Below are positions 49,090 to 58,289 of a stretch of 64,000 nucleotides of DNA, one piece after another; position 1 is the first letter of the stretch; each line of letters opens with the position of its first letter. The notes beneath the pieces are model-generated. The model did no database searches. It had not been told where the DNA came from and saw only the letters and a list, made by a program, of their open reading frames with translations. This DNA is from Synergistaceae bacterium. GTDB lineage: Bacteria; Synergistota; Synergistia; Synergistales; Aminobacteriaceae. The DNA lies in assembly GCA_018436725.1 (NCBI GenBank), contig JAHDKT010000026.1, forward strand, positions 1-64,000, in the 5' to 3' direction. The position numbers were made by a program, and so were the translations under genes.

Positions 49090-49842
49090 TCAACGCAGAC
49101 GAAAAACAATGCTCGCCCGAGCGCGTATCTCTCCCGGAGCATCGAACGTCCAGAGCTTCGCCGCGTTCACCGCCGCCTCGTCCAGCCTGGAGAATCCGCT
49201 GCTCGTCGAAACCGCGACATCCACAGTCCGCCCCGAACGTATGGTCAGCAACAGATGCACAACGCCCTCTTCTTTTCGCCTTCGCGAGAAGAGAGGATAT
49301 TCCGGAGCGGTTCTCGACAGAATCCGGAGCGTCTCCACATCCACGGGCTCCCCGCGCACGCCCCCCGTCGTGGAGATCGCGCCCGCTCCGCTCCGCGCTT
49401 CCGTCTTCGTCCCGGCCGCCGTTTCGGAGGAGAGCGCGTCCGCTCCCGGACGGGGGGCGCCGGAGAGAGGCTCGTCAAGCGTTTTCTTCGGCTGCGCGCG
49501 CGGAGGTTGCTCCGGCTCGCTCTTCGCCTTCGGCGCGGCGGCTTTTTTCGCCCCGCCGCTCCGTGCGGGCTTCTTCTCCGATTTCGAAGGGAGAACGGCG
49601 GCCGGCTGCTCCTTTTGCGTCGTCTTCTCCTCTTTCTTCACCGGACGAACACTCTCGGGCGCTGGATCAGCCTTCGGGATCGGGAGCGCTTCCGCGGAAC
49701 CTTCCGAAATACGCGGAGCTCCATGGAGCACGACGCGGAACACTTCCGGCGGGTCCGCGTGCTCGACGTCGACCCCCGGCAACAGAAAGAGGAGCGAGTG
49801 GAGCGCGAGACTTACGCTCAGAGCGGCGATCCACCTTCTCAT
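49090..49842 (-). CDS. tonB: energy transducer TonB
   Basis: N-terminal TM anchor, Pro/Lys/Glu-rich spacer, C-terminal TonB domain (RILSRTAPEYPLFSRRRKEEGVVHLLLTI...). Start overlaps the exbD stop. Confidence 0.7.
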   Translation of the reverse strand: MRRWIAALSVSLALHSLLFLLPGVDVEHADPPEVFRVVLHGAPRISEGSAEALPIPKADPAPESVRPVKKEEKTTQKEQPAAVLPSKSEKKPARSGGAKKAAAPKAKSEPEQPPRAQPKKTLDEPLSGAPRPGADALSSETAAGTKTEARSGAGAISTTGGVRGEPVDVETLRILSRTAPEYPLFSRRRKEEGVVHLLLTIRSGRTVDVAVSTSSGFSRLDEAAVNAAKLWTFDAPGEIRARASIVFRLR

Positions 49843-50225
49843 CGAGCGCCGTCTCCTTGCAGGGCGAGCCCCGTCGAAACGATCCCCTCGCGTCGAAGCA
49901 CGTCCAGCACCTCCGCGACCACGCCGTACGGCGCTTCGCGATCTCCCGCCAACAGAATATCCCGCCGCGCCGCCGCGGCCGCCGCCGCGAGAGGAGCGAG
50001 CTCTTCCATTCGCGTCTCCCTGTCGCCCCAGAGCACGCTCCCGTCCTTCCTCACCGTGAGCAGAAGGGCGTTCTCCTCCGTTTTTGCAACGGCTTCGCCG
50101 ACCGGAAGATCCACCTCGATGCGCCCCTGAAGAAAGTTCGCGGTCAGGACGAAGAAGATGATCAGCATGAAGAGCACGTCGATCAGCGGCGTGATATCAA
50201 GCTCCGGCCGACGACGGCGTCTCAT
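49839..50225 (-). CDS. exbD: biopolymer transport protein ExbD/TolR
   Basis: 128 aa. Single TM (ITPLIDVLFMLIIFFVL), then a periplasmic domain. Confidence 0.8.
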   Translation of the reverse strand: MRRRRRPELDITPLIDVLFMLIIFFVLTANFLQGRIEVDLPVGEAVAKTEENALLLTVRKDGSVLWGDRETRMEELAPLAAAAAAARRDILLAGDREAPYGVVAEVLDVLRREGIVSTGLALQGDGAR

Positions 50226-50860
50226 GGCGCGCCCTTCCCTCGGAGGCCGGCGTTCGCCGGAGCCGGGAAACGCTCCCGGATCAAAAAGTCCGCGCCCCTC
50301 CTGAGACACTCCTCCTGGGAGTCGACGCGGCTGGACAGAAAGCCGTGGAGGAAGAGCGCGGGAATGGCGACGGAGAGCCCCGCGACGGTCGTAAAGAGCG
50401 CCTTCCAGATTCCGCCCGTCACCGCCGTAGCGGTGATCCGCCCTCCGGAATGCAGCCCGGCGAACATCTCCATCATGCCGAGCACCGTGCCCAGCAGCCC
50501 CAGAAGCGGCGCGATCCTCCCCGTCATCTCCAGAAAGAGCAGGCGCTTCTCCCACCGGTAGACCTCGCGGCGAACCTCCTGCTCCACCAGCACGCCCATC
50601 CCCTCGCGGTCGACGTCCCAGTGGGTCAGCGCGGCCTGAAAGATACGGTGCAGCGAGCTGTTCGAAGCGAAGACGACTCCGCGGGCGTCCTCCGCTCTCC
50701 CCGATGCGCACGCGGCCGCGAACTCCGCCTCCAGTCGCTCGGGGTTCGTTGAAGCCCGCCGGAAGAAAAGCAGCCGCTCCACGATCACGGCGACCGCCGC
50801 CACGGAGAGAGCGGCCAGCACCCACATCAAAAAACCTCCGGCCTCGAAGTACGACAGCAT
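50222..50860 (-). CDS. exbB: MotA/TolQ/ExbB proton channel
   Basis: Start at MLSYFEAGG preceded by GGAGG (alternative ATG at 50875). Three TM helices with the conserved TxxxGLxGTVxGM motif. Confidence 0.8.
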   Translation of the reverse strand: MLSYFEAGGFLMWVLAALSVAAVAVIVERLLFFRRASTNPERLEAEFAAACASGRAEDARGVVFASNSSLHRIFQAALTHWDVDREGMGVLVEQEVRREVYRWEKRLLFLEMTGRIAPLLGLLGTVLGMMEMFAGLHSGGRITATAVTGGIWKALFTTVAGLSVAIPALFLHGFLSSRVDSQEECLRRGADFLIRERFPAPANAGLRGKGAP

Positions 50861-50883
50861 GGTCCCCACCTCCATTGCGTTCT

Positions 50884-51861
50884 CTACCTTCTCTTCCTCA
50901 GCAGCAGCCAGAGGAAGAAAAACGATCCGATGCTCGACGTGAGCGCGCCCACCGGAATCTCCGCCGGCGCCCAGAGCGTCCGGGCGGCGGTGTCGCACAG
51001 CACGAGAAAACCTCCTCCGAAGAGCAGCGAGGCTCCGCACAGCCGGGAGTGGTCCGACCCCACCAGAGATCGGCAGATATGAGGAACCATGAGCCCGACG
51101 AATCCGATAGGGCCGCAGAGGGCCACGTTCACGCCGACGGCCAGCGAAACCGCCAGAAAGAGCAGACGCCGCATCCTCTCCGCGGGAACGCCTCTGCTCA
51201 AGGCGAGTTCCTCGCCGCAGACGAAAAGATTCAACTCCCGCGAGCACAGGCGCGCCGTGCAGAATATCAGGAGCAGTCCGGGCAGAGCCGCGCGCACCGA
51301 GTCGAACCCCGCGGTCTGGATGCCCCCCATCGACCACCGCATGATTCTGAAGGTGTCGACGTATCCGCCGCCGTACTGCACGATCATGTTCAGGCTGCCG
51401 AAGAGAAAGCTGATCGCGATTCCCGCCAGCAGCAGCGTTCCCTCCGACATCCCCCCTCCGCGCAGCGTGCCCGCGGCGTAGATGACGGCCGTCGCGAGCA
51501 TCGCTCCCAGAAACGCGGATGTGGAAAGGGCCGAGAACAGTCCGAAGACGGTGAAGGAGAAGCCGAAGCGTATGGAGAGCACCGCGCCGAACGCCGCTCC
51601 CGTGGACACGCCCAGCATATCGGGAGAAGCCAGATCGTTGCGGAAGAGCGCCTGAAACACCATGCCGCAGAGGGAGAGCGTCGCTCCGGTGATCCACCCA
51701 AGGAGCACCCGCGGAAGGCGCAGCTCCCAGAAGATGCGCCCGCCGTTGCCGCCGCTCCGCAAAATGTCTTCCCAAGAGACGGAGTGCATCCCGACGAACG
51801 GAGCGACGGCGACGCAGAGCAGCGAGAAGAGCAGAACGGCGGGCAAAGCGAAGCGCTTCAT
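50884..51861 (-). CDS. btuC: FecCD/BtuC-family ABC permease (cobalamin/iron-chelate type)
   Basis: About 325 aa, 10 TM helices. Overlaps the upstream ATPase gene by 4 nt. Confidence 0.85.
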   Translation of the reverse strand: MKRFALPAVLLFSLLCVAVAPFVGMHSVSWEDILRSGGNGGRIFWELRLPRVLLGWITGATLSLCGMVFQALFRNDLASPDMLGVSTGAAFGAVLSIRFGFSFTVFGLFSALSTSAFLGAMLATAVIYAAGTLRGGGMSEGTLLLAGIAISFLFGSLNMIVQYGGGYVDTFRIMRWSMGGIQTAGFDSVRAALPGLLLIFCTARLCSRELNLFVCGEELALSRGVPAERMRRLLFLAVSLAVGVNVALCGPIGFVGLMVPHICRSLVGSDHSRLCGASLLFGGGFLVLCDTAARTLWAPAEIPVGALTSSIGSFFFLWLLLRKRR

Positions 51862-52646
51862 AACACCAGACCTCGCGGGGCGACGTACGGAACGCGCACC
51901 CCGTCTCCGCCGAAGGAGTGAAACTCGGTGTCGAAGATCTCGCGGAGCAGTCCGGCGTCCAAAAAGTCGTCCGTCGCGCCATCCCGGAGAACTCCGCCCC
52001 CTTTCAACGCGAGCACCCTGTCCGCGCTCCGCAGCGCCAGGTTGATATCGTGCGTCACCATGAGCACCGTGATTCCCCTCTCGCGATTGACGCGCTCCAC
52101 AAGAGCGGTCATCTCCACCTGACAGCGGTAGTCCAGAAACGACGTCGGTTCGTCCAGAAAAAGCATATCCGTCGTCTGCACGAGCGCCGCGGCAAGCAGC
52201 GCCTTTTGTCGTTCGCCGCCGCTCAGCAGATGCACGGGGCGATCCTGCAGCCCCTCCAGCTCCGTCAGACGGAAGGCGTTGGCGAGGATTTCGCGGTCGT
52301 CGACGCTCTCTCCGGAAAACGCCGACTTCCACGGATAACGCGAAAGAAGCAGAAACTCCCGCACCGTGAACGGAAGCGAATCGGTCCCCGACTGGGGGAT
52401 CCACGCGATGCGTCTGGCGATCCGACGCCGGGAGAGCCCCTCCATCGGACGCCCTTCGAGCAGCACCGTTCCCGACGATGGGCGCCGCAACCCGCCGAGA
52501 CACTTGAGAAGACTGGTCTTCCCCGCCCCGTTGGGACCCACGATCGCAAGAAACTCGCCTCGCCGCACCGAGAACGAAACCCCGTCGAGAGTTCGCGTCC
52601 CTCCAAGAACGAGGCCGAGAGCGCGGGCCTCCAGAAGAGGCGTCAT
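51858..52646 (-). CDS. btuD: ABC transporter ATP-binding protein (BtuD/FecE-like)
   Basis: Walker A GPNGAGKTS, signature LSGGERQ, Walker B LFLDEPT, H-loop. Confidence 0.85.
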   Translation of the reverse strand: MTPLLEARALGLVLGGTRTLDGVSFSVRRGEFLAIVGPNGAGKTSLLKCLGGLRRPSSGTVLLEGRPMEGLSRRRIARRIAWIPQSGTDSLPFTVREFLLLSRYPWKSAFSGESVDDREILANAFRLTELEGLQDRPVHLLSGGERQKALLAAALVQTTDMLFLDEPTSFLDYRCQVEMTALVERVNRERGITVLMVTHDINLALRSADRVLALKGGGVLRDGATDDFLDAGLLREIFDTEFHSFGGDGVRVPYVAPRGLVL

Positions 52647-53563
52647 GGAATCCACTCGATCTCCGGATGAAGAATTTCCGCGAAGGCGCGCAGAATCCGC
52701 CCTATTCTCGGCCCCGGACGGAGAAAGAGCGTCCCTTCCAGAATATGCACCCGCCCCTCCGTTACCGCGGGAACCTTCGCGCTCTCCGTCCACTGCCGCA
52801 CAAGACGCTCTCGGTCGAAAACATATTCGGCGTCGACCGGCTCCATCGAGTGGTAGAAGTTCCTGTCGCCGATCAAATCGACGATCACCTCCGGATTCAG
52901 CGAGAACAACCCTTCGACGGAGAGCAGCGGATAGTCCGCGCCGCCCGGCCCCACCGCGTTCGCGCCGCCCGCGAGTTCGATCAGCTCGTTGTAGAACGTA
53001 GCTCTCCCGGCCGCGTAAAAAGAGGTGATACGCGGCTCCGAAAGCTCCCTGGAAACGGCGAGCAACACCCGGGGACGGCTCGCCGTCGCGGCGACCTTCT
53101 CCGCGAGAGCGGCGATCTCCGCGCGCATCTTCCCGATCAACGCCGCGGCCGCCGCCTCTTCGCCGCACGCGCGGCCCAGCGCCTCGACCGAGAGAAGCAC
53201 CTCCTCCACCGAATTCTGCTTCAGCAGCACGTACGGAATCCCCAACCGCTCGATCTGCGGAAGGAACTGGAGATGAAGATCCTGAAAGACGATCAGGTCC
53301 GTTTCCGCGGCGAGAAGAGCTTCGAGATTGAGCGCGGCGAATCCTCCCAACCGCGGCTTCGTTCGCGCCTCCGGAGGCGTGTCGCAGAAATCGGTGACGC
53401 CGACGAGCCGATCTCCCAGTCCCAATGCGAAAAGGAACTCCGTCCCCACCGGAGAGAGCGACACGATCCGACGCAGCGCCCCCGACAGGGACGTCGCGAA
53501 AAAGAACACGAAAAGCAGCGCAAGGAGCGCTCCTCCCGTTCGAACTTTAAACCACGCTCGCAT
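52643..53563 (-). CDS. btuF: periplasmic substrate-binding protein, class III (BtuF-like cobalamin binding)
   Basis: Signal peptide. Two-lobed class III SBP pattern (IVSLSPVGTEFLFALGLGDRLVGVTDF...). RBS GGGGGAGG. First gene of the operon under the second riboswitch. Confidence 0.75.
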   Translation of the reverse strand: MRAWFKVRTGGALLALLFVFFFATSLSGALRRIVSLSPVGTEFLFALGLGDRLVGVTDFCDTPPEARTKPRLGGFAALNLEALLAAETDLIVFQDLHLQFLPQIERLGIPYVLLKQNSVEEVLLSVEALGRACGEEAAAAALIGKMRAEIAALAEKVAATASRPRVLLAVSRELSEPRITSFYAAGRATFYNELIELAGGANAVGPGGADYPLLSVEGLFSLNPEVIVDLIGDRNFYHSMEPVDAEYVFDRERLVRQWTESAKVPAVTEGRVHILEGTLFLRPGPRIGRILRAFAEILHPEIEWIP

Positions 53564-53584
53564 CACGGCATTCCTCCCCCAAAA

Positions 53585-53775
53585 AAAGAGGAGACCGCAC
53601 GGGCCTCCTCGAATAAACACCAACCTACAGGGTGATACATGCCCGCGCACAACACCCGTGCGCTCTCCGTGATTTTCTGGCTTCCGAAAAAATTTTCGGT
53701 TACAGTGGCGGGGCCGCTCCGGACTTGCACCGGATTACTCCGCGGAGAACGCGTATTCAATTGCATTGAATTCTA
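53585..53775 (-). ncRNA. second cobalamin riboswitch with terminator, leader of btuFDC-exbBD-tonB
   Basis: Minus-strand leader contains AATCCGGTGCAAGTCCGGAGCGGCCCCGCCACTGTAACCG....CGGAAGCCAG (B12 box GCCACTG). A gaggaggcc...cggtctcctc hairpin plus TTTTTTT lies just before the RBS. Confidence 0.65.
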
Positions 53776-53949
53776 GGCCTTCTTACTTCGCGCGTCAACT
53801 GCGAAGAAGACCACGCGGTCGAAAAACAGAAAGGAGCGGTGCTCTTTTCTGTCGAATTTTCACCTAAAGCCGCCGATGATTCTCGGTCGTTTCGACTTGA
53901 AATATGCTACGATAGAAAACAAAACCACGCCGAGGAAGGATCATTCCCG

Positions 53950-55476
53950 ATGAGCAAAAAGCACCTCACGAACGGAAACGGAGCTTCAGTCGGCCTCGAT
54001 ATCGCGTCGCTTTCGGGGCATCTCTGGGAGTCCGCCAACATCCTGCGCGGCGCGGTGGACGCAGCCGACTTCAAGACGTACATCTTTCCGCTGCTCTTCT
54101 TCAAACGCATTTCGGACGTCTTCGACGAAGAGTACGCCGCCGCCATGGAGAAATCCGGCGGCGACGAGGAGTTCGCCGGGTTTCCCGAAAACTACCGCTT
54201 CCAGGTGCCGGAGGGGTGTCACTGGAAGGATGTCCGCGCCCGGAGCGAGAATATCGGGCACGCCCTGCAAAAAGCCATGCGCTGCATCGAGCAGGCCAAC
54301 CCCGAGACGCTGCACGGCATCTTCGGCGACGCCCAATGGACGAACAAAGAGCGCCTCCCCGACCCCCTTCTCAAGGATCTGATCGAGCACTTCTCCTCCC
54401 TCGACATGGGAAACGTCCGCTGCAGGGCCGACGTTCTCGGGCAGGCCTACGAATACCTGATCAAGAAGTTCGCCGACCTCGCCAACAAAAAGGCCGGAGA
54501 ATTCTACACCCCCCGCCCCGTCGTCTCTCTGATGGTGCGCATCCTCTCGCCGGAAGCGGGGGAAACCGTCTACGACCCCGCGTGCGGAACCGGCGGAATG
54601 CTTCTCGAAGCGCTGCACCACGTCAAGGAACGCGGCGGCGACGAAAACCTCATGCTGGGCAAGCTCTACGGGCAGGAGAAGAACCTGACCACCAGCGCCA
54701 TCGCGCGGATGAACCTCTTTCTTCACGGCGCGGAGGACTTCCATATCGCCCGCGGCGACACCCTCAGAAATCCGGCGTTCTACTCCGGAGACAGCCTCGC
54801 CGCCTTCGACTGCGTCATCGCCAATCCTCCCTTCTCCCTCGAAAAATGGGGAGAGGACGTCTGGATCAACGACCCGTACGGGCGCAACTTCGCGGGGCTT
54901 CCACCCGCCTCCACAGGAGACTTCGCATGGGTGCAGCACATGATCAAGTCCATGGCCCTCAAGAGCGGCCGCATGGCCGTCGTCCTTCCTCACGGCGTCC
55001 TCTTCCGCATGTCCAGAGAAGGAGCCATCCGGCGCGCGCTGCTGGAAATGGACCTTCTCGACGCCGTGATCGGCCTCGGACAGAACATCTTCTACGGAAC
55101 CGGGCTCGCCCCCTGCATCCTGGTCTTCCGCCACAGAAAGAAAGAAGAGCGCCGAGGCAGGGTGCTCTTCATCGACGCCTCCAAGGAGTACAAGACGGGC
55201 CGGGCCCAGAACGAACTGCTGCCCGAGCACGTCGAAAACATTCACCGCCTGTACGAGGAGTATCGGGATGTCGAAGGGCTCTGCCGGGTTGCCGAACTCG
55301 CCGAAATCCGCGAGAGCGACTTCAACCTGAACATCCCCCGCTACGTGGAGCCGCTGATCGAAGAGGAGACCGTCACTCTCGAGGAGGCCGTCGCCGGTCT
55401 CAAGGAGTCCCTTGCCGCCGCGTACGCCGCCGAGGACCGTCTGAAAGAGCTGCTGACCATGGAGGGAATGCTGTGA
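53950..55476 (+). CDS. hsdM: Type I restriction-modification DNA methyltransferase subunit M (copy 1)
   Basis: 508 aa. N-terminal HsdM N domain. AdoMet motif (DPACGTGGML). Catalytic NPPF. C-terminal helical HsdM tail. Confidence 0.9.
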   Translation: MSKKHLTNGNGASVGLDIASLSGHLWESANILRGAVDAADFKTYIFPLLFFKRISDVFDEEYAAAMEKSGGDEEFAGFPENYRFQVPEGCHWKDVRARSENIGHALQKAMRCIEQANPETLHGIFGDAQWTNKERLPDPLLKDLIEHFSSLDMGNVRCRADVLGQAYEYLIKKFADLANKKAGEFYTPRPVVSLMVRILSPEAGETVYDPACGTGGMLLEALHHVKERGGDENLMLGKLYGQEKNLTTSAIARMNLFLHGAEDFHIARGDTLRNPAFYSGDSLAAFDCVIANPPFSLEKWGEDVWINDPYGRNFAGLPPASTGDFAWVQHMIKSMALKSGRMAVVLPHGVLFRMSREGAIRRALLEMDLLDAVIGLGQNIFYGTGLAPCILVFRHRKKEERRGRVLFIDASKEYKTGRAQNELLPEHVENIHRLYEEYRDVEGLCRVAELAEIRESDFNLNIPRYVEPLIEEETVTLEEAVAGLKESLAAAYAAEDRLKELLTMEGML

Positions 55477-57014
55477 AGAAGAGCCGACCCATCACGCACG
55501 CCGAACTCGAATCCTACCTCTGGGGAGCGGCCGTACTGCTGCGCGGCTATATCGACGCGGGCGACTACAAGCAGTTCATCTTCCCGCTGCTCTTCTACAA
55601 GAGGCTGTGCGACGTCTACGACGAAGAGCTGGCCGAAGCGCTGGAGACGTCCGGCGGCGACATCGAGTACGCCTCGCTTCCGGAGCAGCACCGCTTCCAG
55701 ATCCCCGAAGGCGCGCACTGGAACGACGTCCGCACCGAGGTCCGCAACGTCTGAAAGGCTATTCAGAACGCTCTCCGCGCCATCGAAAAAGCGAACCCGG
55801 ACACGCTCTTCGGGGTCTTCGGCGACGCCCAATGGACCAACAAGGACCGCCTTCCGGACCACATGCTCCGCGAACTGATCGAGCACTTCAGCTCCCGGAC
55901 GCTCTCCATCGCCAACTGCCCCGAGGACGAACTCGGCACAGGGTACGAATTCCTGATCAAGAAGTTCGCCGACGACTCCGGACACACCGCAGCGGAGTTC
56001 TACACCAACCGCACCGTGGTCCACCTGATGACCGAGATGCTCGAACCGCTCTCCGGAGAATCCATCTACGACCCCACCTGCGGATCGGCCGGAATGCTCC
56101 TCTCGGCCGTCGCGTACCTTAAGCGCCGGCGGAAGGAGTGGCGGAACCTGCGCCTCTTCGGCCAGGAGAAGAACCTCCTGACCTCCGCCATCGGCAGAAT
56201 GAACCTCTTCCTGCACGGCGTCAAGGACTTCAGCGTCGTTCGGGGCGACACCCTGACGAACCCCGCCTTCGTCGAGGGCGACCGACTCATGCGGTTCGAC
56301 GTGGTGCTCGCCAATCCGCCCTACTCCATCAAACAGTGGGACCGCGACGCATGGAGCGCCGATCCGTGGGGGCGGAACATCTACGGCGCCCCGCCGCAGG
56401 GGCGCGCCGACTACGCCTTCTGGCAGCATATCGTCCGGAGCATGAAGCCCGACACCGGCCGCTGCGCCATCCTCTTTCCGCACGGCGTGCTCTTCCGCGA
56501 CGAAGAAGCCGCCATGCGCGAAAAGCTGATCGACCACGACGTGCTGGAGTGCGTGCTCGGCCTCGGGCCGAACCTCTTCTACAACTCCCCCATGGAGGCC
56601 TGCGTCGTGATCTGCCGCATGAACAAACCGCCGGAGCGAAGAGGCAGGGTCCTCTTCATCAACGCGGTGAACGAAGTCGCCCGCGAACGAGCGCAGAGCT
56701 TCCTGAGCGAAGAGCACATCGAAAAGATCGTCGAGGCCTACCGGACGTACGAGAATCGCGAGGGGTTCGCCCGCGTGGCCGAAAACGGCGAGATTCGGGC
56801 CAACGGCGGCAAACTCAGCCTTCCGCTCTATGTGCGAGGCGCCGACGGAAACGGCAACGGAGCGGGCGAACGCGTCGGCCTCAAGCAGTCGATAGCGGAG
56901 TGGCTGGAAAGCTCCGCCGCCCTGCGGGAGTCGATGGACGAGCTTTTCGCTCTGCTTGAAGAGCAGACGCGACCGGACGACGGCGAATTTGCGAAAGGAG
57001 GACGTCTGCGATGA
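55473..57014 (+). pseudogene. hsdM: Type I R-M methyltransferase subunit M paralog (copy 2) with in-frame TGA at 55752-55754
   Basis: GTG start overlapping the hsdM1 stop, preceded by GGAGGG. About 50% identical to copy 1 along its full length (DPTCGSAGML, NPPYS). A single TGA replaces the Gly aligned to hsdM1 ...SENIGHALQKA (VRNV*KAIQNALRA). Confidence 0.65.
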
Positions 57015-58186
57015 GCGCGCGATCCCTGAAGCCCGGCTGGAGGATGGTCACGTTCGGGGATGTCGTGAAGAACGTGAACATGGTCGAGCGCGATCCCGTA
57101 TCCAAAGGTATCGAGCGGATCGTCGGACTGGAGCACATCGACCCGGAGAATCTGCATATTCGGCGATGGAGTTCCGTTGAAGAGGGAACGTCCTTTACTC
57201 GTAAATTCGTCCCCGGCCAGACTCTTTTCGGGAAGCGGCGCGCCTATCAGCGGAAAGTCGCCTTTGCCGAGTTCGAAGGCATCTGCTCCGGCGATATTCT
57301 GACCTTCGAACCGAAGAGCACGGACGCGCTGCTGCCAGAACTGCTGCCTTTCATATGTCAGACCGACGCCTTCTTCGAGCACGCGCTCAACACCTCGGCG
57401 GGTTCTCTTTCTCCAAGGACCAGTTGGTCGGCGTTGCAGGGCTTCCAATTCCCGCTGCCGCCGCTCGATGAGCAGAAGCGCATCGCCGAAATCCTGTGGG
57501 CGGCGGATGAGGCGGTGGAAGCGTATACCATTGCCTACAATAAGCTTGTCAAGTTGTCCGAGGCGATTGTTGAGTGCGATATTTGTTCAATGTTGTACCC
57601 TTGGCAGCCACTTGGCTCTGTATTAACGGCCATTCTGGCTGGGAAAAGTGTTGTTGGAAGCACTATGCCAGCTAAGCCTAATGAATACGGTGTCCTTAAA
57701 GTTAGCGCTGTTGGGGCAACAGGATTTAAACCTGATGAGAACAAACGCCTTCTTAGATCTGAAGATTTTTTACACCGATATAGAATTAATAATGGCGCCC
57801 TGTTAATAACTAGATGTAATACAACTGCTCTTGTGGGTAGAGTTTGCATTGTGCAAAGCGACTTTCATCACTTGATGTTATGCGATAAAACGTTACAACT
57901 TATTCTAGATGAAAATATAGTTAATATTCGGTTTGTTTATGAAGCTTTGCGTTCTCATCGTGTAAGAACTCAAATTGCTGGACTTGCCACTGGCACAGGT
58001 GGCGCTATGAAAAATCTTTCTCAACAAGATCTTCGTTCACTTTTAATTCCATTGCCATCCAAAGAAAGTCAAAATATAGCCATACACAAAGTTTCTCAAA
58101 TCGCGAAGCAAAAAGATATTATCTCCGGATGGATCGCTAGATTGGTTGATTTGAAAAAGCAGGTTACGAGGACGCTAATATGCTGA
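57011..58186 (+). CDS. hsdS: Type I R-M specificity subunit S
   Basis: 391 aa. Two target-recognition domains separated by a conserved central helix (PPLDEQKRIAEIL). Start overlaps the hsdM2 stop. Sharp GC drop after about 57540 (TRD2). Confidence 0.85.
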   Translation: MSARSLKPGWRMVTFGDVVKNVNMVERDPVSKGIERIVGLEHIDPENLHIRRWSSVEEGTSFTRKFVPGQTLFGKRRAYQRKVAFAEFEGICSGDILTFEPKSTDALLPELLPFICQTDAFFEHALNTSAGSLSPRTSWSALQGFQFPLPPLDEQKRIAEILWAADEAVEAYTIAYNKLVKLSEAIVECDICSMLYPWQPLGSVLTAILAGKSVVGSTMPAKPNEYGVLKVSAVGATGFKPDENKRLLRSEDFLHRYRINNGALLITRCNTTALVGRVCIVQSDFHHLMLCDKTLQLILDENIVNIRFVYEALRSHRVRTQIAGLATGTGGAMKNLSQQDLRSLLIPLPSKESQNIAIHKVSQIAKQKDIISGWIARLVDLKKQVTRTLIC

Positions 58187-58289
58187 TATAAAATGATTTC
58201 TTAATAATTCTACATTTTATTGTTTTTTTAATTTTTTGCTTAAATCAAAGCGTGGTTGCTGGATATTTTATATACAGGGAGGTTCTCAA

